From: Pirellulales bacterium
GTDB taxonomy: Bacteria > Planctomycetota > Planctomycetia > Pirellulales > UBA1268
Direction of reading: 5' to 3'
DNA: 53,529 nucleotides
NCBI GenBank assembly: GCA_044336925.1
Contig: JBIIOM010000001.1
Span: forward strand, 1 to 53,529
Shown here: positions 52,180 to 53,529 of the stretch, piece after piece
Layout of the letters: each line of letters opens with the position of its first letter
Numbering within the stretch: position 1 is the first letter of the stretch
Position numbers and translations under genes: made by a program
The notes under the pieces: model-generated
The model's input: only the letters and a program-made list of their open reading frames with translations
Told to the model about the DNA's origin: nothing
Databases searched by the model: none

Positions 52180-53462
52180 GAGGCGAGCAGGGATTCGATT
52201 TCGTCGGGCTCGATCGGCACGTGGCTGCAGAGGTCGACCGGGCCGTCCGCCGTGATCAGGATGTCGTTCTCGAGCCGGATGCCGATTCCCTCGTCTGGGA
52301 TGTAGATGCCCGGCTCCACCGTGATCACCCAGCCGGGTGCGAAGGGGCCGCTCAGCGGCGCGAGGTCGTGCACGCCCAGGCCGAGCGAATGGCCGAGGCC
52401 GTGCATGAAGTATTTCCTGCAGGCGGGCTCGTCGGGCGAGTCGTTCGCCACCTGCTCCTTCGTGAGCAGGCCGAGCGCGAGCAGTTCGTCGTTCATCTCG
52501 AGCTGCGCGGCTCGCTTCCAGTCGCGGGGCGTCACGCCCGGCCTGGCCCGGGCGATCGAGCTTTTCAGCACCCGCAGCACGGCGTCATACACGGCCCGCT
52601 GCCGGGGCGTGAACCGGCCGCTGACGGGATACGTCCGCGTGAGGTCGGCGTTGTAGTTGGCGTAGTTGGCGCCGACGTCGATCAACACGAGATCGCCCGA
52701 GCGGCAGGGCTTGTCGTTGTCGATGTAGTGCAGCACACAGCTGTTTTTGCCCGCGGCGACGATCGGCTCGTAGCCCATCTTCGCCCGGTGCCGCGTGAAC
52801 TCGGCGATGAGTTCCGCCTCGAGCTCGTATTCCATCACGCCCGGCTTCAGGGCCGCGAGCACGCGGCGGAGGCCCTTGTCGGTGACGTCGATCGCCTGGC
52901 GGATGAGCTCCACTTCAGCCGGGCTCTTCACGGCGCGGAGCCGCCGCAGAAGCGGCGCGAGACGCTCCACGCGGTGGAGCGGATACTTGGCGATCAACTG
53001 CCGCGCGAGCCGCAGGTCGCGGGGCTCGATGTCGGTGCTCGCCCGCTCGTGCTCGTTGGCGTTGAGCACCGCGACGTCGGCTTCACACATGAGCGCATGC
53101 AAAACACCCGGTAGTTCGGAGAGCCAACGCACCTTCGCGATCCCGGAGATCTCCTGCGCCCGCTCCTTTGAGAGTTTTTCCCCTTCCCACGTGGCGAGGT
53201 GCTCGTTCGGCTGCCGGATGAAGAGCAGCTCGCGGTGGGCCGGCTCGGCCGCATCCGGCGCGAGCACGAGCACGCTCTCCTCCTGCTCGATTCCGGAGAG
53301 CCAGAAGAGGTCGCTTGCCGGCTGCAAACGCAGCGTGCCATCCCCGCTCGTCGGCAGAACGTCGGCGGCATGCACGACCACGACGCAGTTTTTCGGCAGG
53401 AGCTCCCGCAACTGTCGGCGGTGGGCGACGAACAGGGCCGGGTCGATCGGGGCGTGTCGCAT
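52170..53462 (-). CDS. pepP: Xaa-Pro aminopeptidase (M24B family)
   Basis: ATG at 53462. Metal-ligand motifs are present: DLVLIDVGANYANYNADLTRT, HGLGHSLGLGVHD, VITVEPGIY, IRLEND. Confidence 0.9.
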   Translation of the reverse strand: MRHAPIDPALFVAHRRQLRELLPKNCVVVVHAADVLPTSGDGTLRLQPASDLFWLSGIEQEESVLVLAPDAAEPAHRELLFIRQPNEHLATWEGEKLSKERAQEISGIAKVRWLSELPGVLHALMCEADVAVLNANEHERASTDIEPRDLRLARQLIAKYPLHRVERLAPLLRRLRAVKSPAEVELIRQAIDVTDKGLRRVLAALKPGVMEYELEAELIAEFTRHRAKMGYEPIVAAGKNSCVLHYIDNDKPCRSGDLVLIDVGANYANYNADLTRTYPVSGRFTPRQRAVYDAVLRVLKSSIARARPGVTPRDWKRAAQLEMNDELLALGLLTKEQVANDSPDEPACRKYFMHGLGHSLGLGVHDLAPLSGPFAPGWVITVEPGIYIPDEGIGIRLENDILITADGPVDLCSHVPIEPDEIESLLASRR

Positions 53463-53501
53463 GCCTGAAGCGGGCTCCTGAGAGGGACGCTGTTGGGAAG
53501 T

Positions 53502-53526
53502 ACGGAAGCCCGACGCGCGAGCGAGG
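53502..53526. repeat. third (partial, window-truncated) copy of the MITE/REP-like terminal repeat
   Basis: ACGGAAGCCCGACGCGCGAGCGAGG matches the terminal inverted repeat of the 51890-52179 units. It lies about 40 nt upstream of the pepP start, at the window edge. Confidence 0.6.
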
Positions 53527-53529
53527 AGA

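Noticed and set aside
1-53529. I searched for transposase, integrase or recombinase genes, tRNA genes or direct repeats that would mark the GT-C island as a mobile genomic island.
   Set aside because: I recognised none. Apart from the TA patch the composition looks uniform by eye, so I do not call the island a mobile element.

Overview
High-GC bacterial chromosomal window, most likely Planctomycetota: it carries two DUF1559 (H-X9-DG) prepilin-type genes, and off-frame ORFs are Arg/Gly/Pro-rich. I call 33 protein-coding genes. I found no rRNA, tRNA, CRISPR array, transposase or integrase. The main feature is positions 62-38154. This is a very dense island of polytopic membrane genes that look like GT-C-fold, lipid-phosphate-sugar-dependent glycosyltransferases. 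It holds six TMTC-like membrane+TPR paralogues, a tandem pair of YfhO-like genes, a tandem pair of GT39/PMT_2-like genes, one further ArnT-like gene, and three unclassified polytopic proteins that include another tandem pair. Two GT2 polyprenol-phosphate-sugar-synthase-like genes, an ABC exporter, a SAM methyltransferase, two TPR_12-type proteins (one is 1568 aa and exported) and an atypical P1B-type ATPase sit among them. A vapBC-type toxin-antitoxin pair is embedded in the island. Genes are chained by ATGA/GTGA stop-start overlaps. I saw no nucleotide-sugar synthesis, Wzx/Wzy or initiating phosphoglycosyltransferase genes. This argues for a periplasmic glycosylation system using lipid-P-monosaccharide donors with an unknown acceptor, rather than an O-antigen or EPS locus. 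The second notable unit is a four-gene minus-strand operon at 43171-48202: a GspE/PilB-type ATPase with its own N-terminal transmembrane domain, a CvpA-like membrane protein, an exported LRR-like repeat protein and an exported helical protein. It is divergent from a DUF1559 pseudopilin gene, and no platform, secretin or prepilin peptidase gene is present in the window. Intergenic regions carry two repeat families: 32-bp tandem repeats with long hairpins that contain the stop codons of convergent genes, and a 154-bp tandem MITE-like unit flanking pepP. The right end encodes housekeeping-type genes (FAD oxidoreductase, FKBP PPIase, Xaa-Pro aminopeptidase). All family assignments come from motif recognition by eye and have not been checked by HMM or BLAST.
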